NCBI GenBank assembly: GCA_964645535.1
Contig: CAZYCQ010000001.1
Coordinates: 60,245-124,244, forward strand
Origin: an uncultured archaeon
GTDB taxonomy: Archaea; Asgardarchaeota; Heimdallarchaeia; Heimdallarchaeales; Kariarchaeaceae
Direction: 5' to 3'
DNA: 64,000 nt
Every line of letters starts with the position of its first letter. Position 1 is the first letter of the stretch. The notes beneath the pieces were generated by a model that worked only from the letters and a program-made list of their open reading frames with translations, was not told the origin of the DNA and ran no database searches. The position numbers and the translations under genes are program-made. Below are positions 1 to 10,221 of this stretch, one piece after another.

Positions 1-2
1 AC

Positions 3-905
3 AGAACATACGACAATCTTACCGATACAGAGCCCACAAACTGGACTGAAGTGCAACTGTTCAATATTTCCAACCCATATGAGGTGAACAAAACTGTCAA
101 CAATGTCACAGTTGCAACAACATTGGTCACGGTTTATGGATTTCAAATGAACGAAACACTCAAATTTGACCAAAAATTAGAAGTACAACCGTTCGTGAAA
201 AATAAGAACTTTACTGAATATTTGGATAAGAAAATTTTCGAAATAGTTGATTCAAGACCATCTGGAGAATTGTTCATTGGAAATAACTCATACACAAATG
301 TAACGGATTACACTGTCTTTTTCAAGGCAATCACTGAAAAAGGAGATCTCAAGGAAGTTGCAATTCTTTACGGTACTGATCCTGAAAACCTTACGAAGAC
401 TGTGGTCACCAATAAACCAAAAATAAAACAACGGGCAAATACAACAATAACATTAGATCAGGAAGGAAATTACACATTTATTCTCAATATCACCAACTCT
501 TTGAATCGAACAAGAATTTATACATCATTCCTGATTGTAGATCACACTGCCCCAACAGTTTCAATTTCTCAGAAAGGTCAAGCTTCTCAAGGAATGATTG
601 AAATCACTATCAATGTGGAGGATGAAAATGGCATATTGATAACCTATATCGATTGGGGTGACGGATTGGTTCAAGATGTCACAAATATGACAGAAGAAAG
701 CCATACATACCGGAAATCAGGAGAGTATCAAATAACCCTCGTGTCAATTGATAAAGCAGGCAATATTGCAACCACAAGCATTAATGTGACAATTTCATTA
801 CCCACAACTACCGAAACACCAGTAAACACCAATCCAATTGGACTGGTTTCAATCCTTTCTGCTATAGCCATTGTTCCTTTCATTGGCAAAAAGAGGAAGC
901 CTTGA
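3..905 (+). CDS. Cell-surface glycoprotein-like protein, 5' end truncated by the window edge. It is rich in N-glycosylation sequons and ends in a TM helix followed by a KKRKP basic tail.
   Basis: The reading frame stays open back to position 3, so the GTG at 51 is not the true start. There are many N-x-S/T sequons. The C-terminus ...PIGLVSILSAIAIVPFIGKKRKP is a hydrophobic helix plus basic tail, which resembles an archaeosortase/PGF-CTERM-type signal. Confidence 0.6.
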   Translation, partial: RTYDNLTDTEPTNWTEVQLFNISNPYEVNKTVNNVTVATTLVTVYGFQMNETLKFDQKLEVQPFVKNKNFTEYLDKKIFEIVDSRPSGELFIGNNSYTNVTDYTVFFKAITEKGDLKEVAILYGTDPENLTKTVVTNKPKIKQRANTTITLDQEGNYTFILNITNSLNRTRIYTSFLIVDHTAPTVSISQKGQASQGMIEITINVEDENGILITYIDWGDGLVQDVTNMTEESHTYRKSGEYQITLVSIDKAGNIATTSINVTISLPTTTETPVNTNPIGLVSILSAIAIVPFIGKKRKP

Positions 906-953
906 ACCCTGCTTAAGATAGCCATTTTATATTCGATTGAAACGATTATATAC

Positions 954-3900
954 ATGGATTATAGAATAATTACAGTTTTTGTTATAGCGTTAATCGCCAT
1001 TCCACAGAATGGAGTGGGGAATGTCCCAGTTAATGACAATAATTTAGGAAATTTTCAGGAATATGATTGGGATCATAACAAGATTGAGGATAGTATTGAA
1101 GGTTTTTTTGGTTCAGGTGAATTTCTGGTAAGAACTAATGGTCCTATTGACTGGTATGCCTACGGCTATAAATTGAAATATCAGACAGGTGATAGGTCAA
1201 TCTCATGGATTAAAGGAAAAGGAAACAATCTAAGGATACTTGCACAGAATGAAAACGTTGTTTTCATTGAAGGAGTCAAAAAAATCGAACCACATTTGTT
1301 TTATTCTTCAAAACAGATTGGAGTAAACCCAGGCATTTGGGATCTTGGATACACAGGATCGCAGGAAATGTCGGTTGCAGTGCTTGATACAGGAATTGAT
1401 GCGACACATCCAGCTTTTCAAAACAAACAGATTACATGGGTGGATTTGGCAGGCGTTTCTCTTTCAGTCGATGGAGATGAATATGCAAATCCTGTTGACA
1501 AAGGAGGTCATGGAACCCATGTTGCAGGAATAATTGCCGGTTCCCCAACTTCAAATTTGGAAGAAGGGTTTGTCGGTCAAGTTCCTCCTGTATCCTCTTT
1601 TCAAATCGTGAAGAGTGTATCTGACCATCAAAACAATATCGTACTGAACTTTACAATTGATTGGGGAAATGCAGGAGATGACAATCCGGGGAATCATTTG
1701 ACAGTCATTGCCACACCAAGTAACAATGTGGGAAATGTTGTTGCATTTTTGGATACTGACACAAGTGGGTTGTTCCAAGGTACATTAACTCTAAGTCCTG
1801 GAGAGTACCTTATCGGAGTAGCCAATCAGGAGACAAACGGCCCAAATCCGGAAGGATTGCCATATTCAATAAAGACTACAATAATAAAGGATTCAAACGA
1901 ACCAGAGACGGGGTATAAAAATTGGCGAGGGATTGCACCGGATGTTAACCTTGTAGCGATTAAGGTCTTTGATGATTCCGGGAACGGGAACACAGGATCT
2001 TTACTTCAAGGATTAGATTGGATCAAGAACAATTATGACACCTACAACATAACAGTCGTAAACATGAGTTTGGGAACAGATTCAATTTCATCAGTTATTG
2101 ATTCTGAAGTTGAGAACCTTGCAAATCTCGGAATACTTGTTGTAGCTTCAGCAGGTAATGAAGGAGTGAACGCAAACGGAATTGGATCGCCAGGGTCGGC
2201 TCCTTTTGCATTGACTGTTGGGGCAGTGAATCGAATGAATGAAATCGCATATTATTCCAGCAATGGGGATCCGAATGTAAATACAGTGACAAAACCAGAT
2301 ATCTTGGCACCTGGTGGGTCAGCGGCAATTCCAGGTTTGGGAGATGTTTCAGGATATACCGCAGGAAACGGTTTGATATTATCGGCAATGCCTTTTGGGC
2401 AGACGCCATTCGGGAATGCATTAATTACGGGAAAGCAAGGAACAAGTATGGCAGCACCCCATGTCAGTGGTGTTGCAGCCATTCTCTATCAGATTTTGAA
2501 TGAAAAAGGAGAATTGACGCACAGTATCAATGATGTCAAACGGGTTAAACAAGTTCTTGAATTATCTGCGTTTGAAGTTGGAAATATTCTTAATGGAGGG
2601 GAAAAAATCCAAGGTGGTACACAACAAAATCCACCAATTGATCCAGAAACAAAAGATTTTGTGGAAGGATGGGGGGCAATCAATCCTCTTGCAGCAGTTT
2701 CTCTTGTTTTGGAAACTGCTTCTCCAAATTCGCCCAAGGCAGATGAATTGAGTTTAGAAAATTCTTTCATTCAAAATAGTGTTGCCCGAAAAATTACCCT
2801 CTCAGGAGGAATATCCTATACATTTTGGTCAACCATTCCCCAAGGAGCAAGTGTGGATTTCATACTATATGATGGTAATCCAGATCAATATGGAGATCCT
2901 GTTCCATTGGTGCATAGAAATATAGATGCAAGTTTACAAGAGGGAATTCTGAATCTTCCTGTTTTAATCAACCAATCAGGAGAATACTATTATTCTCTGA
3001 AGCTTCGGGATTCTGTGAACGCTATTGACCGGATACACCATGTTGTCCTTGAAGATAATTTTGTTCCATTCATTAACCCTCTTTCTCCAGTTCCTGATGG
3101 TTATGTCAACCAAACCAATCTAGAAATTCGGTTTGAATCCATGACAAATCAGGTTGATGCTTCGATTGACGGGAACAATATCGGCGTGATATCAGATGGA
3201 TACGTAATTTCTGGGCTTTCACAAGGGGAACATAGTCTCTCTTTAGAAGAAAGAAATGAAAATACAGGTACAAAGGCAAATACAACATTCACCTTCACTG
3301 TTGATCTCACACTTCCTCAATTAGTTTCAAACCTGACATCCATTACCACTGATCAAGCATTATTAATTGAATACAATGCAACGGATAACATGGGAATTGA
3401 CTTTGTAAGGGCAAGAATTGGTAACAGTATTCTTGCACAATCTAATGAGAGTTCAGGAACACTGACAGTAAATCCACAACATTTGCCTCCAGGAACCTAT
3501 GATTTGGTGGTTGAAGTGTTTGATCATGCAGGGAACGTTGCAAGGGAAAGTGCACAAGTCACCTTTGTGCATGATATTTTCATTGAAGGAGAAGATTTGA
3601 TGGAAGTCGAATTCGCCGATGCGATCACCTTGCGTTGGAATGCAGGATCACAGAAACCCTCACAATTCAAAATATTTATTGACGACGTACTTGTTCACGA
3701 GGAAAATTGGAATGGAGGAGACATAGTCTATTCATTTTCTCCAGTTTCATTAGGTGAATACAATATTACTGTAATGGTGATCAATACTGATGGTGATACG
3801 GCAACAGCAACCACAATAGTCCAAGTTCAGGATACCACACCCCCAGTCATACATATTTTAGGAGATATGATTTTAGATGCGACAGAGCCTCAGGAACTTA

Positions 3901-4478
3901 ATCTTTCCATAATTGAACCTTTCCCCCACTCAATTCAGATCCGCTATAAAGAACAGACAATTCTATTTTTAAGGCCATGGAATGGAAGCATGTTTTTCCA
4001 GCCATTAATGATTACTGGAGAACCCAACACATTTGCACAGGTGGATATCGGTGTTGTAGATACTTCTGGCAACATTGCCAATAAGTCAGAACTCATTCAA
4101 TGGAAAGATCTTACACCACCTTCAATCCAAGATTTAGAGGACATCACCATAACTGTGGGTGAAACGAGAGATTTGACATGGACATGGGAAGAAAAATTTG
4201 TTGAAAAAGTAACAATGTACAAAAATGCAGAGATAATTTTTGAGACAACGGAATTTATTTCTTCAATTGAATTTACAGTTGGCGAGGCCAGTCCAGGAAC
4301 AGTGGAATACAAGATAGTAATTGAAGATGCAGGGAACAATACAGCAATCAGTACAGTTAATGTTGCCGTGATCGACATTGTAACCTCAGAAGCCTCAGGT
4401 CAAGCCTTCCTATCATTTGAAATCATCTGGTTTGCAGTCCCCATCATCCTTGCAGGCAGAAAAAGACTTAGGCTTTGA
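954..4478 (+). CDS. Subtilisin-like serine protease (S8 family) with long C-terminal Ig/PKD-like repeats and a C-terminal TM plus basic tail.
   Basis: The catalytic triad motifs are present in order: AVLDTGID (Asp), HGTHVAGIIAG (His) and GTSMAAPHVSGVAAIL (Ser). The C-terminus is ...FLSFEIIWFAVPIILAGRKRLRL. Confidence 0.9.
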   Translation: MDYRIITVFVIALIAIPQNGVGNVPVNDNNLGNFQEYDWDHNKIEDSIEGFFGSGEFLVRTNGPIDWYAYGYKLKYQTGDRSISWIKGKGNNLRILAQNENVVFIEGVKKIEPHLFYSSKQIGVNPGIWDLGYTGSQEMSVAVLDTGIDATHPAFQNKQITWVDLAGVSLSVDGDEYANPVDKGGHGTHVAGIIAGSPTSNLEEGFVGQVPPVSSFQIVKSVSDHQNNIVLNFTIDWGNAGDDNPGNHLTVIATPSNNVGNVVAFLDTDTSGLFQGTLTLSPGEYLIGVANQETNGPNPEGLPYSIKTTIIKDSNEPETGYKNWRGIAPDVNLVAIKVFDDSGNGNTGSLLQGLDWIKNNYDTYNITVVNMSLGTDSISSVIDSEVENLANLGILVVASAGNEGVNANGIGSPGSAPFALTVGAVNRMNEIAYYSSNGDPNVNTVTKPDILAPGGSAAIPGLGDVSGYTAGNGLILSAMPFGQTPFGNALITGKQGTSMAAPHVSGVAAILYQILNEKGELTHSINDVKRVKQVLELSAFEVGNILNGGEKIQGGTQQNPPIDPETKDFVEGWGAINPLAAVSLVLETASPNSPKADELSLENSFIQNSVARKITLSGGISYTFWSTIPQGASVDFILYDGNPDQYGDPVPLVHRNIDASLQEGILNLPVLINQSGEYYYSLKLRDSVNAIDRIHHVVLEDNFVPFINPLSPVPDGYVNQTNLEIRFESMTNQVDASIDGNNIGVISDGYVISGLSQGEHSLSLEERNENTGTKANTTFTFTVDLTLPQLVSNLTSITTDQALLIEYNATDNMGIDFVRARIGNSILAQSNESSGTLTVNPQHLPPGTYDLVVEVFDHAGNVARESAQVTFVHDIFIEGEDLMEVEFADAITLRWNAGSQKPSQFKIFIDDVLVHEENWNGGDIVYSFSPVSLGEYNITVMVINTDGDTATATTIVQVQDTTPPVIHILGDMILDATEPQELNLSIIEPFPHSIQIRYKEQTILFLRPWNGSMFFQPLMITGEPNTFAQVDIGVVDTSGNIANKSELIQWKDLTPPSIQDLEDITITVGETRDLTWTWEEKFVEKVTMYKNAEIIFETTEFISSIEFTVGEASPGTVEYKIVIEDAGNNTAISTVNVAVIDIVTSEASGQAFLSFEIIWFAVPIILAGRKRLRL

Positions 4479-6231
4479 TCCAAACCTCTGTTTTTCCCTC
4501 AAATATTTTGATGATGAACCAACCATCTTCAACCAATGTTTCAAAAAGATCGTCCATTTCAAAATATCGATATCTAGGAAGGACTATGTAATTGTACGTC
4601 CCTTGATTTAACGCAGTTTTTAGCTCAAGCGTATAAGTCGAATTGACCCAATATATGGGAACATCATTATGAAGATAAGTATACGCACCTGTCAGGAACC
4701 ATCTTTCGACAATGATAAGTCCTTCCAAATCATCTTGTTGTCCTACATAGGAGATAGCAGCATTGATATCGGAACCGAATTGGAAAACTGGTGTATAATA
4801 CATGTGAACAAATGATGAGAAAGTGATTGAAAAAATAAAAAGGAAAACTGTTAAATTGTAAATTCCTTGGGGATGAAAATTTGGTATTTTTCCTTTTGGA
4901 ACCTTTTGAAGTTTGGAAAGTACGTTTTCCAAAAATTCCGAAAATAGGAAAATGAACATGCTTATAGCAACAAAGTAAATGACATAAATGTTCATCATGA
5001 ATCTTTCTTCCTTATGGCTTGCAGAATTCCAAAACAACAATCCAGCCCTCCATGGTGTCTCGTACAACAGCCAACCCAAGAAAATGGAGAGCATTAAACG
5101 GACAAATTCCTTGGTAAGGTGGTGAGATGGAAAAAATTGGTCAAATATTTTCCTTCTTCTGAAATACACATTACCCATGAAAAACAGAAAGGATAGGAGA
5201 AGAACAGAAATTAAGCCCAATCCATTTTCTATGACAAGTCTATAGGCATACCAACCAAACGGAGCAACGCCAAAGGAATCGGAATTTCCTTCAAGAACGT
5301 TGAATTTAAACCATTGAACTGGAACAATGCCAAAATCCTGTATTCCTTCATACATGAAAGCATCAATCGACATTCCCACAATCCATCCTCCAAGGGAAGG
5401 GGTCAAAACAACACTAAGATCTTCCAGAAATTGTTCCTTTTTCCCCTCCATAAAGTCAAAAACTTGGTGCACGACTGCCATGGAAAACAAAATAATTAGG
5501 AAATCAATCCTGACGTAGGTTGCAATTCCAAATCCAATGAAATAAACCAATTTTTCCTTTATAGTTTCATCTTCCGATGCGGCGGAAAGTCGTCTTTCAT
5601 AAAAAGTCGCAATTGCATATATGAATATGGGGAGAAAAAAGACATTGAAAAGCGGCCGAGTCGTAATGTAAGCAATTTTCCACCAGATAGCCACAAGGAA
5701 CCCACTTGTATAACCGATTTTTTTGTCTTGACTGATGACATCTCCCAGTCTTTTGGTGGCCGGAATTAGCATGAATGAAATGCAAGCCATTGTCAGCCGA
5801 ATGAGGGGCAATGTGACACTCCAATATGGCAAATGCGAAACCTTGGCAATCCAAAATATTGCCGCAAAGAATAGAGGAATAATCCATGATCTTGCTTTTG
5901 CATAGGATGGCGTATCAGGATTTGAAAGTTGAAATTCAGGAGGAACAAAACCATAACCATAAACAATATAATGACCCATTTCTAGTGATTGAAAAATTTC
6001 ATCAGGATGATATATCCCCGTTCCAGTTAAAGCATAAAAAATCCTCAAAATCAATCCTAAAACTACACCAATGTAGTATAATTTTCTGAATACACTGACA
6101 TCGATTTCATTGATGAAATTTAGGTAGTGCTTTGATCGGTTAGCCATCAAAAAACCTGACGTAATCATCAATTTATAGCTTTTTTCATTACCCAAGATAT
6201 CCCATATGAAAATGGGAAAATTTGGTTTCAT
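4468..6231 (-). CDS. Polytopic membrane glycosyltransferase, possibly GT22 (ALG9/ALG12/PIG-B-like mannosyltransferase).
   Basis: More than 10 predicted TM helices. The N-terminal motif YHPDEIFQSLEMGHYIVYGYGF resembles the HPDE.FQ signature of Glyco_transf_22 as recalled from memory, not from a search. Confidence 0.45.
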   Translation of the reverse strand: MKPNFPIFIWDILGNEKSYKLMITSGFLMANRSKHYLNFINEIDVSVFRKLYYIGVVLGLILRIFYALTGTGIYHPDEIFQSLEMGHYIVYGYGFVPPEFQLSNPDTPSYAKARSWIIPLFFAAIFWIAKVSHLPYWSVTLPLIRLTMACISFMLIPATKRLGDVISQDKKIGYTSGFLVAIWWKIAYITTRPLFNVFFLPIFIYAIATFYERRLSAASEDETIKEKLVYFIGFGIATYVRIDFLIILFSMAVVHQVFDFMEGKKEQFLEDLSVVLTPSLGGWIVGMSIDAFMYEGIQDFGIVPVQWFKFNVLEGNSDSFGVAPFGWYAYRLVIENGLGLISVLLLSFLFFMGNVYFRRRKIFDQFFPSHHLTKEFVRLMLSIFLGWLLYETPWRAGLLFWNSASHKEERFMMNIYVIYFVAISMFIFLFSEFLENVLSKLQKVPKGKIPNFHPQGIYNLTVFLFIFSITFSSFVHMYYTPVFQFGSDINAAISYVGQQDDLEGLIIVERWFLTGAYTYLHNDVPIYWVNSTYTLELKTALNQGTYNYIVLPRYRYFEMDDLFETLVEDGWFIIKIFEGKTEVWIKA

Positions 6232-7166
6232 CTGAAATAATGAGCTTGGGAAATCATGTCATCAATTTTGACAAAGTGAAGACGACCATTTTTTCCGAAA
6301 TCTCTGATGATTTCATGGGGTTTGTCTGTATGAATGTGCAATTTTGCCAATTCCCCTTCAGAAGTAAGCATGAAATATGACCCTCTTTCAGAAAAATCTT
6401 GCCTGAGCTTGTCTATTGGTGATGAAGTTTTGATCAATGCTTCCGTGCAATATCTGTTGTCCGTCGATGTTTCAACTTCTTCCAGATCAATATGGCTTTT
6501 CAATCCTTCAAGACCAGAAATGATTTCCTCCTGCACCATAACTTTTGAAACATGTTCTTCAATCGTAAGAGCCCACCCTTGAAGGACATAAACTACACCA
6601 AGGGCACCTGAATCTACAACGCCACCATCTTGGAGAACATCCATCATTTCTCTTGTTTTCAGAGTTGCCTCTTGGCTAACTTCAAAAATTTCGTGGATAA
6701 AAGTTGACCAAGAGACGGAATGTAACTTTTGGGCATGATCTGCAATGAAGCGGAACACTGTTAACATGGTTCCCTCCTTAGGATCCATCATTGCGCGGTA
6801 TGCTTTTTTCTTTCCTGCTTCCAACGCTTTTGCAAAGCTTTCGGGAGTTATGTGTTCCGATGTATTCAACTCATGGATCCAGCCTCTCAGAAACTGGGAT
6901 AAAATTGTACCAGAATTGCCTTTGGCACCAATGAATGCACCTTGTGAAATGGCTTCAGTAATGCCCTCTTTGTCGTCTTTATCAATTTCATTGACCCTTT
7001 TGACGATTTCCTTAAGCGTAAGGTACATGTTTATTCCAGTATCTCCATCAGGGACTGGGAAAACATTAATTGAATCCAGATAATCTTTTTTCTCCTCAAA
7101 AATTTCAATGGATTTTTTCATCATCTTCGGGATGATTTCCCATGGCAAATGTTGTCCATTATCCAC
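6228..7166 (-). CDS. DAK2-domain protein (DhaL/YloV-like).
   Basis: The motifs PDGDTGINM and GAKGNSGTILSQFLRG are typical of the DAK2 domain. Confidence 0.6.
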   Translation of the reverse strand: MDNGQHLPWEIIPKMMKKSIEIFEEKKDYLDSINVFPVPDGDTGINMYLTLKEIVKRVNEIDKDDKEGITEAISQGAFIGAKGNSGTILSQFLRGWIHELNTSEHITPESFAKALEAGKKKAYRAMMDPKEGTMLTVFRFIADHAQKLHSVSWSTFIHEIFEVSQEATLKTREMMDVLQDGGVVDSGALGVVYVLQGWALTIEEHVSKVMVQEEIISGLEGLKSHIDLEEVETSTDNRYCTEALIKTSSPIDKLRQDFSERGSYFMLTSEGELAKLHIHTDKPHEIIRDFGKNGRLHFVKIDDMISQAHYFR

Positions 7167-7224
7167 ATCTTGGAAAAAGATCGAATTATTTTATGGCTTT
7201 CCGTTAAGTGAGTGAAAAGAATTG

Positions 7225-8208
7225 TTAGTTGTCATCTTCATTTGTAGAAACAAACTCTTCTTCTTCGAAAATTTCCTCTCCGTTCTCATTCTTTTCTTTT
7301 TCAGAATCATCTTGAGAAGGTTCAACCTCTTCAACAGATTTCTTATTCTCTTCTTCCAAAGTTTCAAGTTCGTTTATATCGAAAATATCAGACCAATATT
7401 CCTTGTAATTTGGATTGATTTCGACTCCAAAGGCAAATCTCCGATAGCGTTGGGCAATACGGACAACCTCACCGGTTCCTGCAAAAGGGTCAAAAATGAC
7501 ATCGCGAGGACAGGACCAAAGTGAAAGAGCTCGTTTTACCAAATGCTCAGAGAATTGTTCATACAAGGTACCATCAATATCCACTTTTGTAAAACCATCA
7601 ATAGTCCAGACGGAGTTCAGATAATGAGGACGGCGTTTGCCCTTGCATCTTCTGTTTTTTTCTCCTCGTTTCAGAACAATGAGGTGCGAATGGATCAGAG
7701 AGTTTTGGACATTTGGGGCAAGGTGTATCAACTTTGATTGCGATTTTTCCGGAATGCTGACAATAATAACTTCATCCCAAAGGTTCCATCCAATTTGTCG
7801 TGCAATTGATATGAGATCGCCTACCATGGGGTAATAGCCCGTGATATTTTCTTCTTCGTCAAGTATGGGATCATTTTGAACAGAAAAGATAGCAAAACCG
7901 CCTTCTTTTGTTGCTCTAAATAGACCTTTAAAGATTCTACCCATGAATTCCAAATACCCTTCATAGTCTTCCCAAAGCAGACGTCGTTCACCATCACGTT
8001 TCTCGACATATATTTTGTCTTTTGGTGTTGGTGGTCTTGTCAATGTCAGAGAAAGAAGATTCGTAGGAATTTTCCTGATAAAAAACTGTGAATCTCGGAT
8101 ATGGATCTTCCCAAGTAGATATTCCTTTTTCAAGGGTCTGATCCGGAATCTTCTTCTTCTTTTGCCTCGTGTAACACTTTGCTCTGACATCAATCTCCAT
8201 TTTTCCAA
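7225..8208 (-). CDS. Beta-class N6/N4 DNA methyltransferase-like protein with a degenerate motif IV and a poly-acidic C-terminal tail.
   Basis: Motif I is present as FDPFAGTGEVVRIAQRY. The upstream LTLTRPPT sits where (D/N/S)PP(Y/F) is expected. The AdoMet-region KEGGFAIFSV is present. The tail is EEIFEEEEFVSTNEDDN. Confidence 0.5.
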   Translation of the reverse strand: MEKWRLMSEQSVTRGKRRRRFRIRPLKKEYLLGKIHIRDSQFFIRKIPTNLLSLTLTRPPTPKDKIYVEKRDGERRLLWEDYEGYLEFMGRIFKGLFRATKEGGFAIFSVQNDPILDEEENITGYYPMVGDLISIARQIGWNLWDEVIIVSIPEKSQSKLIHLAPNVQNSLIHSHLIVLKRGEKNRRCKGKRRPHYLNSVWTIDGFTKVDIDGTLYEQFSEHLVKRALSLWSCPRDVIFDPFAGTGEVVRIAQRYRRFAFGVEINPNYKEYWSDIFDINELETLEEENKKSVEEVEPSQDDSEKEKNENGEEIFEEEEFVSTNEDDN

Positions 8209-8256
8209 TCCTTTTATTAATACATCCGTATGTGTTCGTTCCAGAACCGATTTTAA

Positions 8257-8937
8257 TCAATTATCCCTTGTAGGAATGCTGAAGAACAACCAAGAACCAA
8301 AAAATACCAAGATCACAAATGAAACGGTTGAAGTTATTGGATTGAAAATTCTTGGAAAGAAGGTACCTAAATAAACTACTAGATTGACTATTGCAAGGAT
8401 ACCTGCAACAATGGTAATCCATCTAATACGATCCTCAAAATAATCCTGAAGCAAACTTATTAGAGAAGGATCTATCTCTCTTTCTTCCTCAAGAACCATA
8501 TCGATCCGACTGAAGTAAAATTTCTTGATTGTCAGTTCAGTCAGTTCATGGATGATTAGAAACGATAAAGTCAAACTTATGGGCAACAAAATCACATGTT
8601 CAAATACAATATGCATAATGAGACCATCAACAATTGAAAAAGAAAGCAATCTACCCATGAAAGGATCTTGGAAAAGATTTTTGCTCTTTAAAGCGACAAT
8701 CAGTCCAAGAGGAAACAAGACCCAAGTGGAAAATCCAAATATCTTTTCGAAAATTGGAATACTGTCAGGCAATAGGATGATGGCAATGAGGAAATTTAGC
8801 ATATTTCCGAAAATCTGGAAATAGGAAGAAAGAACAGCCAAGATTTTTGCCCAGCGGTTTAATTTCATGATAAAACCTTTTTGTTCGAAAATGTTGTCAA
8901 TCGTTCGAGAAGTTTGAAAAGCACTTAATGAGCTCAT
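8257..8937 (-). CDS. Integral membrane protein at the distal end of the MoxR cluster.
   Basis: Multiple hydrophobic helices. It is co-directional with and overlaps the DUF58 gene. Confidence 0.5.
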   Translation of the reverse strand: MSSLSAFQTSRTIDNIFEQKGFIMKLNRWAKILAVLSSYFQIFGNMLNFLIAIILLPDSIPIFEKIFGFSTWVLFPLGLIVALKSKNLFQDPFMGRLLSFSIVDGLIMHIVFEHVILLPISLTLSFLIIHELTELTIKKFYFSRIDMVLEEEREIDPSLISLLQDYFEDRIRWITIVAGILAIVNLVVYLGTFFPRIFNPITSTVSFVILVFFGSWLFFSIPTRDN

Positions 8938-10211
8938 TGTTTCACCTCCGAAATTGCTCGAACACGATCAACATTGTAGGCCAACGAACGATCTAGACCC
9001 AAATGCGGATCCCAATTGTACACTCGAACTCCCTTTTTCTTAACCTGATTTTCAGTCAGTTCCCTCTTCATTTTGACAAGGGTCTTGGCAGTTCGTTCTT
9101 CCACAGAATCATGTTCTGATATGGTAAGTTCATTGTAGTTTGGAGAAAATACAGTAAGTCTACCCATCAGTGAAAGTTTATCAATTAAAATATGGTTAAG
9201 AGCCTGATCACGCAGAGGGGAGAACAAGAGAACTTCGTTCTGTGAGCCTGCCTTTTCTAAAACCGCGTGTAACCGTTGCTTGAACAAGTTCAATTCGGTA
9301 ATTTTCATAGGCTTGGCAAGAGCCAAATAATGGCTAATTTGCAACAATTTTTTCCTGTTCGAAGTCGGCGGGAAATAAGCTGCGACATTCGAAACGACCA
9401 GAAGACCAGTTCGGCATTGGTTATTTATGAAGAAATCCAAAAGACCCATTACAGTTTTACTTGTCTCTTCAATCAATGTCTCATTGGCTTGAACCATATC
9501 GACAACGATCAAGATTTTTGTGGACTGTTCAATTTGAAATTCATTGGAATGAAGTTTCCAATATTTGGAGGTCACTTTCCAATTGATCCGTTTCAAGGTA
9601 TCAGTAGGGACATATTCCCTAATACCTGCGAAATCCCAACCCTCTCCAACTAGTTTGGTTTGGAAAGGCCCCCCATAAGACCTGAGAAATTGAGCTGTGA
9701 ATGGCGTTTTTGAAATTTTTGCAGGAACTGGCAAGACGATGATATCAAATGTGGTTTCCACTTCATAGACACTCGTTCTCAATTCCGAAAAATCATGGGA
9801 GAAAACCCGGACAGGACCAATCTTAAAAGAGCCTAGTTTGGGTATTGAAATTCCGTACCGAATTTCAAATGTGCTGTTCGGCTCTAATTTAATGAGAAAG
9901 TTGTTTGTGCCTTCAATCAACCTGGCATATCGAGGGATGATGTCATAAATATTTCCTCTGAATGGTTTAGAACCTTTATTTCGAATTGTTAGGGTAATGG
10001 GAATTAAGTTTTCATTATGAAAATATTTTTGGGGGATATGTCTTGTGATTTCAAGTTCAGGTAACTCATGGGATAGAAGGAACTTCAGGAAGACAATTGA
10101 GCCAATAGATAGCAAACCCATTAACCAAACAGGATTTCCAGTGATCACGCTTAGAATAATGAAGAGTGTTGCAAAACCCCTTGCAGGGATGATTTTTTGG
10201 CCGAGTCCCAT
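8934..10211 (-). CDS. DUF58-family protein (vWA-like, MoxR-associated).
   Basis: The motif GEGWDFAGIREYVPTDTLKRINWKVTSK matches the DUF58 signature G.G.df...ReY..GD..r.IdWk. The start is probably the internal Met at about 10211, which avoids overlap with moxR. Confidence 0.75.
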   Translation of the reverse strand: MGLGQKIIPARGFATLFIILSVITGNPVWLMGLLSIGSIVFLKFLLSHELPELEITRHIPQKYFHNENLIPITLTIRNKGSKPFRGNIYDIIPRYARLIEGTNNFLIKLEPNSTFEIRYGISIPKLGSFKIGPVRVFSHDFSELRTSVYEVETTFDIIVLPVPAKISKTPFTAQFLRSYGGPFQTKLVGEGWDFAGIREYVPTDTLKRINWKVTSKYWKLHSNEFQIEQSTKILIVVDMVQANETLIEETSKTVMGLLDFFINNQCRTGLLVVSNVAAYFPPTSNRKKLLQISHYLALAKPMKITELNLFKQRLHAVLEKAGSQNEVLLFSPLRDQALNHILIDKLSLMGRLTVFSPNYNELTISEHDSVEERTAKTLVKMKRELTENQVKKKGVRVYNWDPHLGLDRSLAYNVDRVRAISEVKQ

Positions 10212-10221
10212 AAAAATCCAC

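Noticed and set aside
8015-8374. 119-aa plus-strand ORF spanning the MTase-like gene start and the membrane protein gene end.
   Set aside because: It overlaps two better-supported minus-strand genes and has no features of its own.
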